64,000 nt of DNA from Chthonomonadales bacterium. GTDB taxonomy: Bacteria; Armatimonadota; Chthonomonadetes; Chthonomonadales; CAJBBX01. Below the pieces are notes generated by a model. The model was not told where the DNA came from, ran no database searches, and saw nothing but the letters and a program-made list of their open reading frames with translations. Positions 29,118-38,212 of this stretch are shown here, piece after piece; position 1 is the first letter of the stretch, and every line of letters begins with the position of its first letter. The stretch spans positions 118,600 through 182,599 of the forward strand of contig JBMFSQ010000001.1 of NCBI GenBank assembly GCA_049967475.1. The letters are read 5' to 3'. The translations under genes and the position numbers were made by a program.

Positions 29118-29966
29118 TTACGCGTATTTTTGGAGGTTGGCGGCAACCGACGCCTTGAAGCGATCTACGAAGGCCATTACATAATCGTGGATGCTGAGGT
29201 CCGGCTCGTGGATGAGGGGTGTAAGATCCATGCCGAAGTTGATCATCTGGGCTGCATCTACGGAGTGGCTCTCATGGTAGGTGGCGTTGGCGCGCCGCCG
29301 GCCCAGAGTAGCAAGATCGTACCGCTTGCCGCCGGTGATTTGGGAGTCGAAGAGCGCCACGAGGGCTGCAGCGATATTCTCGTGCTCGTCCAAGCGCAAC
29401 ACGACCTTGTCCCCATCTTCCATCCAGTCGAGGCTCCGCCACACTTCGCATCCCACCACGCGCGCGGGTTTGAGTTCCTGCGGAAGGGTACGCAAAGCCT
29501 GTATGCTCCTGAGAACCGTAGCAACATGCGTGGGATGCTTGTCGGCAGGATTATGCAGGTAGACAGTATGGGGATGGGCGGCCTGCAGGATATCGCACAA
29601 ATCGCGTACGGGGCCCGGGGACTTAGGATCCTTGACCTCGCTGCTGGGATAGTCGAGGAACACCACTGCGGAGTATTCGCCCACCACCGCGGCCTTTTTC
29701 TGTTCGAAGCGCCGGACGGCCTTCATTTGCTCATCGGAGAAGTGCGCATAGATGCCGTCGCGGGCACTGCCTGCTCCGTCCGTGACGACCACTCCTGTGA
29801 ACCACCGATCTTGCCGGCCGAAGCAGGCGAGGATGCCTTCTGCGGCCATGATCTCGAGATCATCGGGATGGGATGCGATGGCGAGGTGCGTTGTGCGAGC
29901 CAGAGCCTCTTCAGGCGGTGCGGCGTCGGGTGTATAGATCTCGGAATCCGGCTTCGTCCAGTGCAT
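29118..29966 (-). CDS. PIG-L/LmbE-family deacetylase
   Basis: ASHPDDLE, VTDG, RRFEQ, DKHPTH. Confidence 0.85.
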   Translation of the reverse strand: MHWTKPDSEIYTPDAAPPEEALARTTHLAIASHPDDLEIMAAEGILACFGRQDRWFTGVVVTDGAGSARDGIYAHFSDEQMKAVRRFEQKKAAVVGEYSAVVFLDYPSSEVKDPKSPGPVRDLCDILQAAHPHTVYLHNPADKHPTHVATVLRSIQALRTLPQELKPARVVGCEVWRSLDWMEDGDKVVLRLDEHENIAAALVALFDSQITGGKRYDLATLGRRRANATYHESHSVDAAQMINFGMDLTPLIHEPDLSIHDYVMAFVDRFKASVAANLQKYA

Positions 29967-29975
29967 GGCGATATT

Positions 29976-30509
29976 TTACCTTTCTGCGGGTGCCTGAAGG
30001 TAGGAAGGCGGGACCGGAGCGCTGTCGGTAATCTCCTCGATCACGCGCCACTTATCGGCTTGGCGGTGCAACAACAGCGTGGCCAGATTGTCTCCTTCGT
30101 TATCCTTCGTGCCCTTGCGCAGCAGGAATGTGCACGCTGCCGTATTGGCGCCAATGAACTGGATCGAGGCCTCGTCGAACACAGCGATCATATTGGCTGT
30201 GACGCGCTTGCGATCGTCGTCCGAGAGAGGATGCTCCTTCATGCGTTGGGCGATGGAGGCAAGGAGGGCCCGCGTGCCCTTGTCGTCGCGGAGGGTGAAG
30301 GCCCCGTCCCGCACAATGTAAAGCGGCATTCGGGACACGGCGAGGCACGTGTCCGCATCTCCGAAGATGGTGCCGGCATAATAGCGGAACGCAGCGGCCC
30401 GCACCTGATCCTCGGCGCTCTTCTGCTTTTGCCGCGCCCATGCCAGCGTGCCGCCTAGGAGGATGCATCCTGCCGGCACAGCGATGCGTAAGAGGCGCGT
30501 GCGTGTCAT
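29976..30509 (-). CDS. Hypothetical secreted protein (possibly NTF2-like)
   Basis: Signal peptide AWA; ATGA overlap with the upstream gene stop; fold guess is weak. Confidence 0.65.
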   Translation of the reverse strand: MTRTRLLRIAVPAGCILLGGTLAWARQKQKSAEDQVRAAAFRYYAGTIFGDADTCLAVSRMPLYIVRDGAFTLRDDKGTRALLASIAQRMKEHPLSDDDRKRVTANMIAVFDEASIQFIGANTAACTFLLRKGTKDNEGDNLATLLLHRQADKWRVIEEITDSAPVPPSYLQAPAER

Positions 30510-32950
30510 CGGGCGGCACCAATCTGCCAAAGCTGGTCGAAGGTGAGGGAAGTATGGGGCGCCAGCGTCACGGGTTTGGCGTACAGCTCCAGATTAACGC
30601 GATGATCCGACGGAGAGGCATCGAGCAGAGCAGTTCCTGTTTGCGCTGGATCGAAGTGCTCGGTGATCGCCAAGCCGGCCGCGTTGAGGGTCCAAGAACC
30701 GTCGGGCAGGTCAGGTCCGCGGAGGAAGACTTCAGAAGGCTTTTCGCCGATGGAGATATCCACAATCTTACCGCTGCGGTTTCGGAAGGCCACTACAGCC
30801 TTGGATCCCGAGGGTATGGCGAATTCCGGATGGGCGCGCAGCGTCACGCTCACCGGCGCACTGCCTTCATTGACCGCTGTGGTGGTTATCCGGAGTGCGG
30901 ATCCCTCCAGGCTGTAGGTTCGGGTGAGGCGCACGCCGTTGGAAAGGTGCGCCGACACCGTAATAGATCCGGGTTTCTCCTGGCTGGTGTACACTTCGTT
31001 CCAGCCGGGAGTTCGGTAATCGCCGGCAGTGTATTCTTCATATCCGCCGACATTGGGATAGCCGTCCCGGTTCGGGTCGGCCTCGTTCATCAAATTGACC
31101 TGGGCCTGTTTTGCAATGAGGCGCACGATGCGGCCTCCCAACGCCGGCACCACGTCCAGCCTGAGGGCCTCATTCTCCAGCGTCTGAACCGGATAGGATG
31201 CGCCCGTATTGCGGATGCGTTCAAGGAACTGCTCCACGGGTTCGCCTTCTCTCACTTGGCCGATGTGGTATCGCTGGATCTTCTCGATGACCTTCCGGGC
31301 TAGATCGCCCCTAGTCCCGCCTCCAGTGGGTTTGTACTGGTTCCCGGACACTTCGTATTTCGGCGCGGCGCGCATCAGCTCCACATATTGCAGGGCGAGG
31401 CGGGCGCGCTCGACCTCCGCATGGGACGCGGCATCCCCGGCGGTAGCCTTTTCGGCGGCATCGAACAGCCGATCGCCCTCGGCGAGGACTGCCGGGCTCA
31501 GGTACTGAGCGGTTGGCGGATCATAGATGTGCGCGTGGATGTTATGCCGACGTGGGCCTTCGTGCAGGACATCGAGCCATTTTCGGATGTAGGGGGCGGC
31601 TTTACCATAGACACCGTTGATGTACTCATCAATGATGGGCTTTGCCGGGCGGTTCACATCCCACATGAGCTTGGCCATGAGGTATGCCTTGAGTTCAGAC
31701 ATTTCGCCCCCGCCGCCCGGAGCGTAATCGCCCTCGTAAAAGAGGCCCACGACGCCGTGGCGGTGGAACAGGGGAATATCTCGGGCGATCTCGTCCAGAT
31801 CTGGAAGAGGTTGCAGGTAATTCGCAAAGTTCGTGCTGTAGTGCCATACATAGAGCTGATTGGTGATCTTAGACCACGCCAGAAGGTTGTGATAAGGATG
31901 CGTGTTGGCGCTGCACTGATCCAGTCCGTGGCTCACGCATGCCCCGATGGGTGCGAGGCGGATGCGCACATTCGGGCGCGGTTTGGTGATTTTGGGGGGA
32001 TCCTCCGTCCACTGGTAGGCAAGGGTGTCTATGAGCACGTGAGGATACTCTTTTGCGATGGCATCGGCGACTGCATTCACGAAGCGTAGCACCACGCCTG
32101 AAGGGGCGCCCTCTTCTTTTTCTACAGCTTTGCAGTTTGGGCACTCGCATCGGTACCCTGTGTCGTTCTGGGACACGGAGAAGATGGTAGCGTTGGGGTT
32201 TTCGCGGATCCATTGCTTCACACGTTCGATGCTGATGCGCAGGACGTCCGGGTTCGTGAGGCAAAGCTGGTAGTAGCCCTTCATCCGCTTTCCGTTGATC
32301 ATGGAGAAGTACTCCGGGTGCTGGTCGAAGTACTCGTCCGGAGGAACGAGCGAATTGAAGGTATGCACGAAGGGACCGTAGGCGATGCGGCCGCCTACAC
32401 TTTCGTCGAGGTTCTGAAAGTTGCCGTTTGTGCGATTGCGCACGGCCCAGTCACGGTCCATTGCCTCGGTGTAGTAGGGTTCGCGGTACTCAAACGATGG
32501 CTTCTGGTGGATGTTGAGAGGGGGCAGGGTGATGGTGGGGCGGTGGGGGATTTTGCTGATGCGCTGGTTGAACCACCGGCAGCCCAGCACATCTTCTAGG
32601 AGGGCATAGCACCCATACATGGCTCCGCGCTTTCCGCCGCCGGCAATCTCGATGCTGTTGCCTACCGTTCGGATCGTAAGTTCTTCCTCGGCGAGGGCAG
32701 GATCTGTGCGAATCACGATCGCTTGGTTTGGTGCGCTTCCGGGTTGCATCTCCACCACAGGAAGTACCGCCCCAGACATTACCTGCAGAAAATGCTGCAA
32801 CTCCTGGGCGCCATGGCGCATGGCCGGAGTTGCGCCGGGTGCCAGGAGGATGGCGTAGTGGCTCTTGCCGTTGCGTACGATGGTGAGACGCTGTGCCGTT
32901 GCCGGCATCGCGAGGGGGATCAGCGCAGCCAGGATGCAGAGAGTTTTCAT
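30506..32950 (-). CDS. DUF4838-domain secreted glycan-active protein
   Basis: GH20/GH67-like N-terminus (AQELQHFL, YALLEDVLGCRW, PSFEYRE), HPEYF, QLCLTNP, SVSQND, TLAY; C-terminal mutarotase-like domain (GGRIV, GGYEEY). Confidence 0.8.
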   Translation of the reverse strand: MKTLCILAALIPLAMPATAQRLTIVRNGKSHYAILLAPGATPAMRHGAQELQHFLQVMSGAVLPVVEMQPGSAPNQAIVIRTDPALAEEELTIRTVGNSIEIAGGGKRGAMYGCYALLEDVLGCRWFNQRISKIPHRPTITLPPLNIHQKPSFEYREPYYTEAMDRDWAVRNRTNGNFQNLDESVGGRIAYGPFVHTFNSLVPPDEYFDQHPEYFSMINGKRMKGYYQLCLTNPDVLRISIERVKQWIRENPNATIFSVSQNDTGYRCECPNCKAVEKEEGAPSGVVLRFVNAVADAIAKEYPHVLIDTLAYQWTEDPPKITKPRPNVRIRLAPIGACVSHGLDQCSANTHPYHNLLAWSKITNQLYVWHYSTNFANYLQPLPDLDEIARDIPLFHRHGVVGLFYEGDYAPGGGGEMSELKAYLMAKLMWDVNRPAKPIIDEYINGVYGKAAPYIRKWLDVLHEGPRRHNIHAHIYDPPTAQYLSPAVLAEGDRLFDAAEKATAGDAASHAEVERARLALQYVELMRAAPKYEVSGNQYKPTGGGTRGDLARKVIEKIQRYHIGQVREGEPVEQFLERIRNTGASYPVQTLENEALRLDVVPALGGRIVRLIAKQAQVNLMNEADPNRDGYPNVGGYEEYTAGDYRTPGWNEVYTSQEKPGSITVSAHLSNGVRLTRTYSLEGSALRITTTAVNEGSAPVSVTLRAHPEFAIPSGSKAVVAFRNRSGKIVDISIGEKPSEVFLRGPDLPDGSWTLNAAGLAITEHFDPAQTGTALLDASPSDHRVNLELYAKPVTLAPHTSLTFDQLWQIGAAR

Positions 32951-32976
32951 GGCGAACCTCCATTGGGAGATATCCG

Positions 32977-33597
32977 TTACGTTGTGCCGTACAGCCGATC
33001 ACCGAAATCACCCAGCCCGGGCAGGATGTACTTCCGGGCGTTGAGCTGGCGGTCTACCGCGGCTGTGTAGATAGACGTCTGCGGAAAGTGGGTCTGTAGC
33101 CTTTGGATGCCTTCCGGAGCGGCCACGATGCAGATGAGGATGACGCGAGCGGGGTGATGCACATAAATGTCGCCGAGGGCCCTTTGGGCGGACCCGCCTG
33201 TGGCCAGCATGGGATCCACCAGCATTACGGTGCGGCCGGTAAGGGATGGGAGTTTGCGGTAATAACTGTTCGCTACAGCAGTATGCTCGTCGCGCTCGAG
33301 GCCAAAGTATCCCACTGTAACGTCGGGGAAGAGGTCTACAATGGCATCCAACATACCGAGGCCGGCCCTCAGAATGGGGACTACTACCAGCTCTTCATCG
33401 AGGATGGGAGCACTCATCTCTTCCAGGGGAGTGCGGATGGACACGTGCCTGGTTCGCAGGGATCGGGTGGCTTCCAGGGCCAGCATGAGGGAGAGCTTGT
33501 GCGTAAGGGTGCGGAAGAGGGCGGGCTTAGTGGTTTCATCCCGCAAGTGGGTAAGGTAGTGCTGAGCCAGCGGGTGTTCGACGATCACGAGCGACAT
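32977..33597 (-). CDS. upp: Uracil phosphoribosyltransferase
   Basis: HPL, VPILRAGLGM, LVDPMLATGGSA, YILPGLGDFGDRLYGT. Confidence 0.97.
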   Translation of the reverse strand: MSLVIVEHPLAQHYLTHLRDETTKPALFRTLTHKLSLMLALEATRSLRTRHVSIRTPLEEMSAPILDEELVVVPILRAGLGMLDAIVDLFPDVTVGYFGLERDEHTAVANSYYRKLPSLTGRTVMLVDPMLATGGSAQRALGDIYVHHPARVILICIVAAPEGIQRLQTHFPQTSIYTAAVDRQLNARKYILPGLGDFGDRLYGTT

Positions 33598-33704
33598 GGC
33601 GACCTTACCGTTGATCCCGCCGCCCAGGTGGGTGCGCACCCCAGCGCCGGGCAAGGTTCTGCAACCAGATGCGGCCGGAGGCAGCCAAAGCTGGCGCCCC
33701 GCCG

Positions 33705-34370
33705 CTAACCCACGATATCGGCGAAGATGTCGCGGAGCTCATGTTCCTTATCGGCATTGACGAGGGCGATGAGGCTGTCCCCTTCTTCGTAGCGCGTGTC
33801 CCCCGCAGGGATCATTGCCTGGTCGTGGCGGATGATGGAAATGATGAGCGCTCCGGCCGGCAGGGGTACGTCGCGAACCTGCTTGTTGAGGACCGGAGAC
33901 TTAGGCCCCACCTCGATCTCCACGATTTCGATGTTTCCCCTTTTGAGGGCGGCCAGGGGGATGACCTCACCCGTCTCGATCTCCTGTTCAATCAGATTGT
34001 AGATGATTTTGGTGGAGCTTACGGTGGCATCTATGCCCAGCCGATGAAACAGTTCCTCGTTGCGGGGATTGTTGATGCGGGCGATGGTGCGAGGGACGCA
34101 GAACTTGAGCTTCGCCATTTGGCAGATTACCAGATTGTCTTCGTCGTCTCCCGTCACAGCCACAACGGCATCTGCACGCGCACCGCCTGCTTCCTCCATG
34201 ATGCGCACTTCGCAGCCGTCACCCTGCATCACGACTTCGCCGAGCTCTTCGGCAAGGCGCTTGTGCCGTGCTCGATCCCGCTCCATGAGAAGCACTTCGT
34301 GGGATGTCTTTACCAGGGTGCGCGCCAGGTAGTATCCCACGCTTCCGCCGCCTACGATGATGATGTACAT
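33705..34370 (-). CDS. TrkA/KtrA-family RCK_N + RCK_C protein
   Basis: IIVGGGSVG, AVTGDDEDN, IARINNP, C-terminal RCK_C (IIR...IPAGDTRYEEGD). Confidence 0.92.
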   Translation of the reverse strand: MYIIIVGGGSVGYYLARTLVKTSHEVLLMERDRARHKRLAEELGEVVMQGDGCEVRIMEEAGGARADAVVAVTGDDEDNLVICQMAKLKFCVPRTIARINNPRNEELFHRLGIDATVSSTKIIYNLIEQEIETGEVIPLAALKRGNIEIVEIEVGPKSPVLNKQVRDVPLPAGALIISIIRHDQAMIPAGDTRYEEGDSLIALVNADKEHELRDIFADIVG

Positions 34371-34426
34371 AATCTCTTCCAGCCGGGAGGGGCGAGTGCG
34401 CACCCTCCGTGGCAAAGATGGATCTT

Positions 34427-34879
34427 CTATACGTTGAGGGCCAGATACTCAGCGTTATAGTCCTTGGCGATGGCCCACTCGCCCGTGGTGAGGAAGTCCC
34501 TCAGAAGTCCGGACAAGATCGTCGTTCCGCAGATGGTGATGATGCCGTGGGTCCGGTAGATGTCGGCGCGGACGGGATCATTGATGCGGGAGATCACCGT
34601 CTTCACATTGTAGACGATCTTGGCGATCTGCGCCGCCATGATGTTCCGGTTATCTCCTTGCGTTACAGACACGAATACGTCGCACTTCTCGATGCCGGCT
34701 CGCTTGAGCACCTCTTCGTCAATGCCGTTGCCGATGATGCGCTGTCCGCGGAACCTGCTACCCAGGCGGCGGAACGCCTCGCTTTGGAGGTCTATCACCG
34801 TTACGTTGTGGCCGTCATGGTGCATGAGGCGGGCGAGCGTAGACCCTACGCGGCCGCATCCCAGGATGATCACATTCAT
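34427..34879 (-). CDS. RCK_N-only TrkA-family protein
   Basis: ILGCGRVG, GNGID, VTQGDNRN, SRINDP; 150 aa, no RCK_C. Confidence 0.88.
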   Translation of the reverse strand: MNVIILGCGRVGSTLARLMHHDGHNVTVIDLQSEAFRRLGSRFRGQRIIGNGIDEEVLKRAGIEKCDVFVSVTQGDNRNIMAAQIAKIVYNVKTVISRINDPVRADIYRTHGIITICGTTILSGLLRDFLTTGEWAIAKDYNAEYLALNV

Positions 34880-34966
34880 CAGTGCACGCTCTCCTCGTTG
34901 CCGGCATCCGTGTGGCGCCGGCAGTCCTCAGCCGGGCCCTGCATGGAGATGAACCGGCATCTTTGT

Positions 34967-34974
34967 AATATACC
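34967..34974 (-). promoter_or_regulatory. Candidate -10 element (GGTATATT) upstream of the RCK genes
   Basis: AT-rich CAGGTATATTACAAAG in a 200-bp intergenic gap. Confidence 0.35.
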
Positions 34975-35080
34975 TGCCGAACCGGCGCTTTCCCTGCCCC
35001 CGTGTCGCGGAAGAACCGTCGCAAAACAGGCGCTTTGGGGTACGTTCCGTTGCGGGCCGGTGCGGGGATGCGCAGCCGGG

Positions 35081-35917
35081 CTAGAACTCGTCTTCAATGC
35101 CTCCTACAGGTAACGTGTCCGGTTGTTCCCCAACTTCCGGAGCCTTGCGGCCGACCAGAACGCTGCAGGGGGCACGCCGCAACAGCAGCTCTGCAATCTC
35201 GAAGAAGCGCGCATCCTCGCTTCGATGGGCAAAGCCGCCCACAACCACACACACGGCTTTGAGGTTTCGCAGTATCTGGAGGAGTCCCTCGTCTGGATCC
35301 CGAACGCGCTCGATGGAAGCGAAAGGGGTGAGCCCATGCTTGCGGGCACGCTGAACGGCCTCCTGCAGCACGCGGCTGGCGGCTTCTTCTTCTTCCAAAA
35401 GAGGGGAAGTCAGCGGCAGGTTCCGCGACACTTCCAGCAGATACACCAGGTGCACCGGGGCTTTGAGGTCCCGAGCTAGGCGTGCAGCGAGCACAAGCGC
35501 GTGCTCAATATCGAGCCCCGAGAGGATGGGGATGATAATGCCGGCGGACCGTTCGCCACGGCCGTTGCCTTCCGCAGCGGCGGGCTCGCTCAACTGTAGC
35601 GATGCCCGGGCTTCCTCGAGAGAGCGCGCGATGGGGAGCTGGGAGCGGACCCCGGGTACGGTACGAAGCACCTGTTGCACGTCATCCGGAAGATTACAGA
35701 CTACGATGCGCGCCCCTGCCGATTGGATATCGCGGAGGGCATCCAAGAAGGTGCGCGCGCCTTCATCGGTTACGTGTTCCAATCCCGAGCAATCTATGAT
35801 GATGCCTTCGGGATGTGTCTTGAGAAGCAGGTTTGCCGCCGCCTTGATGGTGAGCCACTGGTTCTTCACGAGGCTCCCTGTTAGGCGTATGACATTGTCT
35901 TTGGTGGTTACGATCAT
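35081..35917 (-). CDS. STAS domain + universal stress protein (USP) fusion
   Basis: N-terminus IRLTGSL...IIIDCSGLEHVTDEG...IVVCNL (STAS); C-terminus IIIP...HLVYLLEV...LLRRAPCSVLV (USP). Confidence 0.75.
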   Translation of the reverse strand: MIVTTKDNVIRLTGSLVKNQWLTIKAAANLLLKTHPEGIIIDCSGLEHVTDEGARTFLDALRDIQSAGARIVVCNLPDDVQQVLRTVPGVRSQLPIARSLEEARASLQLSEPAAAEGNGRGERSAGIIIPILSGLDIEHALVLAARLARDLKAPVHLVYLLEVSRNLPLTSPLLEEEEAASRVLQEAVQRARKHGLTPFASIERVRDPDEGLLQILRNLKAVCVVVGGFAHRSEDARFFEIAELLLRRAPCSVLVGRKAPEVGEQPDTLPVGGIEDEF

Positions 35918-35919
35918 GA

Positions 35920-37959
35920 CTATTTAATGGGTTGCTGACCTGCAGCCTTCGCCTGGGCTGGATCAAGGAAGTACCGAACGTTGGCCACAATCACGCCCGG
36001 ACGACCCATAAGGTACAGCTTCACCAGAAGGCCGTTGGCGTTGTGGAGGAAGCTGTGCCACCACCGGTTCGACACGAACTCCGGCACCACAACCGTTACC
36101 ACATGATGGGGCCGCTCCTTTTGGACCTCGTCCAAATAGGCCATCAGGGGGCCGATTACCGAACGGTAGGGCGATGGAAGGATCACCAGGGGGATCTCTT
36201 CTCCTACATACTGTTCCCACTCCTTCAGGAGGCGCGGGGTGCTCTCTGGGTCTATCTCAATATGGATGGCGCGGCAATCAGGAGAGATGGAGCGGGCATA
36301 CTCGAGGGCAGGGAAGATGCCGCGATGCAGGCTGGGTACGAGGAGGAGGACGGTGTTGGAGAAGGGCACTGGGTCGGGCTGATACCCTACGAGGGAAAGC
36401 TTCTGGCGGATGTATTCGTAGTGGCGATGGATGCCCAGAAACGTGGCGATGAGGATGGCCGCAACCACGATGACAATCCATGCGCCTTCAGGTGCCTTCT
36501 CCACGATGATGTTCGTAAGCACCACAAACGTCGCGGCCGCTCCGACACCGTTGATGATCATTTTGAGACGCCAGTGCGGCCCCTTGAGGCGCCTCCAGTG
36601 GACCACCATGCCGCTCTGTGAGAGTGTAAAGGCGGTGAATACCCCCACAGCATAAAGTGGGATCAATCGGTCCACACTTCCTCGAAAGACCGCCAGGAGG
36701 ATGATGGCGGAAGCGCCCAGGATCAGGATGCCGTTGGAAAAGACAAGCTTGTCACCCTGGTTGGCGAGTTGCCTTGGTGCGAAGCGGTCGCGGGCGAGGA
36801 TTGCTGAAAGGCGCGGGAAATCTGCGAAGCTGGTTTGGGCGGCAACTACCAAGATAGCGAGGGTGGAGAATTGCATCGCATAGTAGAGCCCGACGCGGAT
36901 CCCACTCACTGGGAGACCTACTCCGGGTTTTCCGAAGATGGCGCTGGAAAGCTGGTCAATCACAGGAGGAGCCGTCCGTTGGGCCGTTTCCCAATAGACC
37001 ACGTGGAGCTGCGCGGAGAGCCACGAGATGCCCATCAGCAGGGTGCCGAGGATGATGCCCATCCACGTAAGGGTGATGGCGGCGTTGCGCGATTCCGGCT
37101 TCTGGAATGCGGGTATGCCGTTGCTCACGGCCTCGGTACCCGTCATGGCGGAACATCCGTTGGCGAAGGCGCGAAGCACTACGAAGATGAGCGCCGTTCG
37201 AGAAAGAGCGGAGGCCGGCGTAAAATGTCCCTCCACAGCTTGGTTGACGGCTTGCGGAAAGATGCGCCACCACCCCAAGGTTACGCCTGCTATGCCCAGA
37301 GTGATCAGCAGATACCCCATAAAGATGAACGAATACGTAGGCAGGGCAAAGAGTGCCCCAGATTCCCTAAGACCCCTGAGATTGGCGAACGCAATGAGGA
37401 CAACGCACAGGATGCAGACGAGGACAAGGTCTCGCCGAAAAGGAGCCATCAGAGGTGTGGCCAGAAGGTTCTGGACGCCCGAGGCGATGGACACCGACAC
37501 CGTCAGGATGTAATCTATGAGTAACGCTGCGGCAGCTATCAATCCCCATCCTACGCCCAGGTTCTCCTTGCTTACAATATAGGAGCCTCCGCCCGAAGGG
37601 TAAGCAAAAATCGTCTGCCAATACGAGGCGACCACCACGGCTAACAGGACGACGATGGCGAGGGTTACGCCCATGGTAAGGCGGGCATAGGTGACGCGTT
37701 GTTCCATTACCCAGAGGCCCGCGCCGCCGAGGGCGAGGAGGATCTGCTGGGTGGCGTACGCCACGGAGGAGATGGCGTCGGAGGAAAATGTAGGCAGCGC
37801 AAGAATCTTGGGGAGCTTAGTGTGCTCCTGATGCTCTGTGGCAACGGGGTGTCCGAACAAAAGGCGGCGGATCGGATTTACGTCATAGATCTCTCGCCGC
37901 TTGCGAGTTCTTCCGCCGAGCGGCGACTGTATCGCCGTGCTCTTGTGCGCAATTGCCAT
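35920..37959 (-). CDS. APC-family permease, KimA/YdaO-like K+ transporter
   Basis: FSSDAISSVAYA, YPSGGGSY, DYILTVSVS, TGTEAVSNG, LIPLYAVGVF, SPYRS, VVVPEFV..WW..LHN. Confidence 0.88.
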   Translation of the reverse strand: MAIAHKSTAIQSPLGGRTRKRREIYDVNPIRRLLFGHPVATEHQEHTKLPKILALPTFSSDAISSVAYATQQILLALGGAGLWVMEQRVTYARLTMGVTLAIVVLLAVVVASYWQTIFAYPSGGGSYIVSKENLGVGWGLIAAAALLIDYILTVSVSIASGVQNLLATPLMAPFRRDLVLVCILCVVLIAFANLRGLRESGALFALPTYSFIFMGYLLITLGIAGVTLGWWRIFPQAVNQAVEGHFTPASALSRTALIFVVLRAFANGCSAMTGTEAVSNGIPAFQKPESRNAAITLTWMGIILGTLLMGISWLSAQLHVVYWETAQRTAPPVIDQLSSAIFGKPGVGLPVSGIRVGLYYAMQFSTLAILVVAAQTSFADFPRLSAILARDRFAPRQLANQGDKLVFSNGILILGASAIILLAVFRGSVDRLIPLYAVGVFTAFTLSQSGMVVHWRRLKGPHWRLKMIINGVGAAATFVVLTNIIVEKAPEGAWIVIVVAAILIATFLGIHRHYEYIRQKLSLVGYQPDPVPFSNTVLLLVPSLHRGIFPALEYARSISPDCRAIHIEIDPESTPRLLKEWEQYVGEEIPLVILPSPYRSVIGPLMAYLDEVQKERPHHVVTVVVPEFVSNRWWHSFLHNANGLLVKLYLMGRPGVIVANVRYFLDPAQAKAAGQQPIK

Positions 37960-38139
37960 AATCCACAGATCCCAAAGCCTGGCTCTACCTCGCGGCGCTG
38001 CCCTACACTAGATCGGGTACGCGCGATGCCGGTTCTGTTTGAAGGCGGCCGCATTCGCCTTGTCGCGGCCACGTGAGTATAGCCCAAAGCCCCGGCATTG
38101 TAAACCGCTTCCGGTGAAACGGGTGCATTCCTCAGGTGC

Positions 38140-38165
38140 AGGGATTGGCGGCGCATATGCCGAAT
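38140..38165 (+). promoter_or_regulatory. Sigma-H-like promoter AGGG-N17-CGAAT upstream of the GH63-like gene
   Basis: GCAGGGATTGGCGGCGCATATGCCGAATAG. Confidence 0.5.
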
Positions 38166-38212
38166 AGGCGGCTGTGCCCATACAAAACCCGTGCTTGGCG
38201 GAGGGGCAGACC

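Noticed and set aside
34382..34413. GGAGGG/CCCTCC hairpin between the two RCK genes
   Set aside because: Short imperfect stem with no U-tract; cannot be told apart from chance in GC-rich DNA
37960..38212. c-di-AMP (ydaO) riboswitch upstream of the KimA-like gene
   Set aside because: Expected from context, but I could not find the conserved GCTGAATCC or CAGCTAAC-type segments on the minus strand; a covariance-model search would settle it
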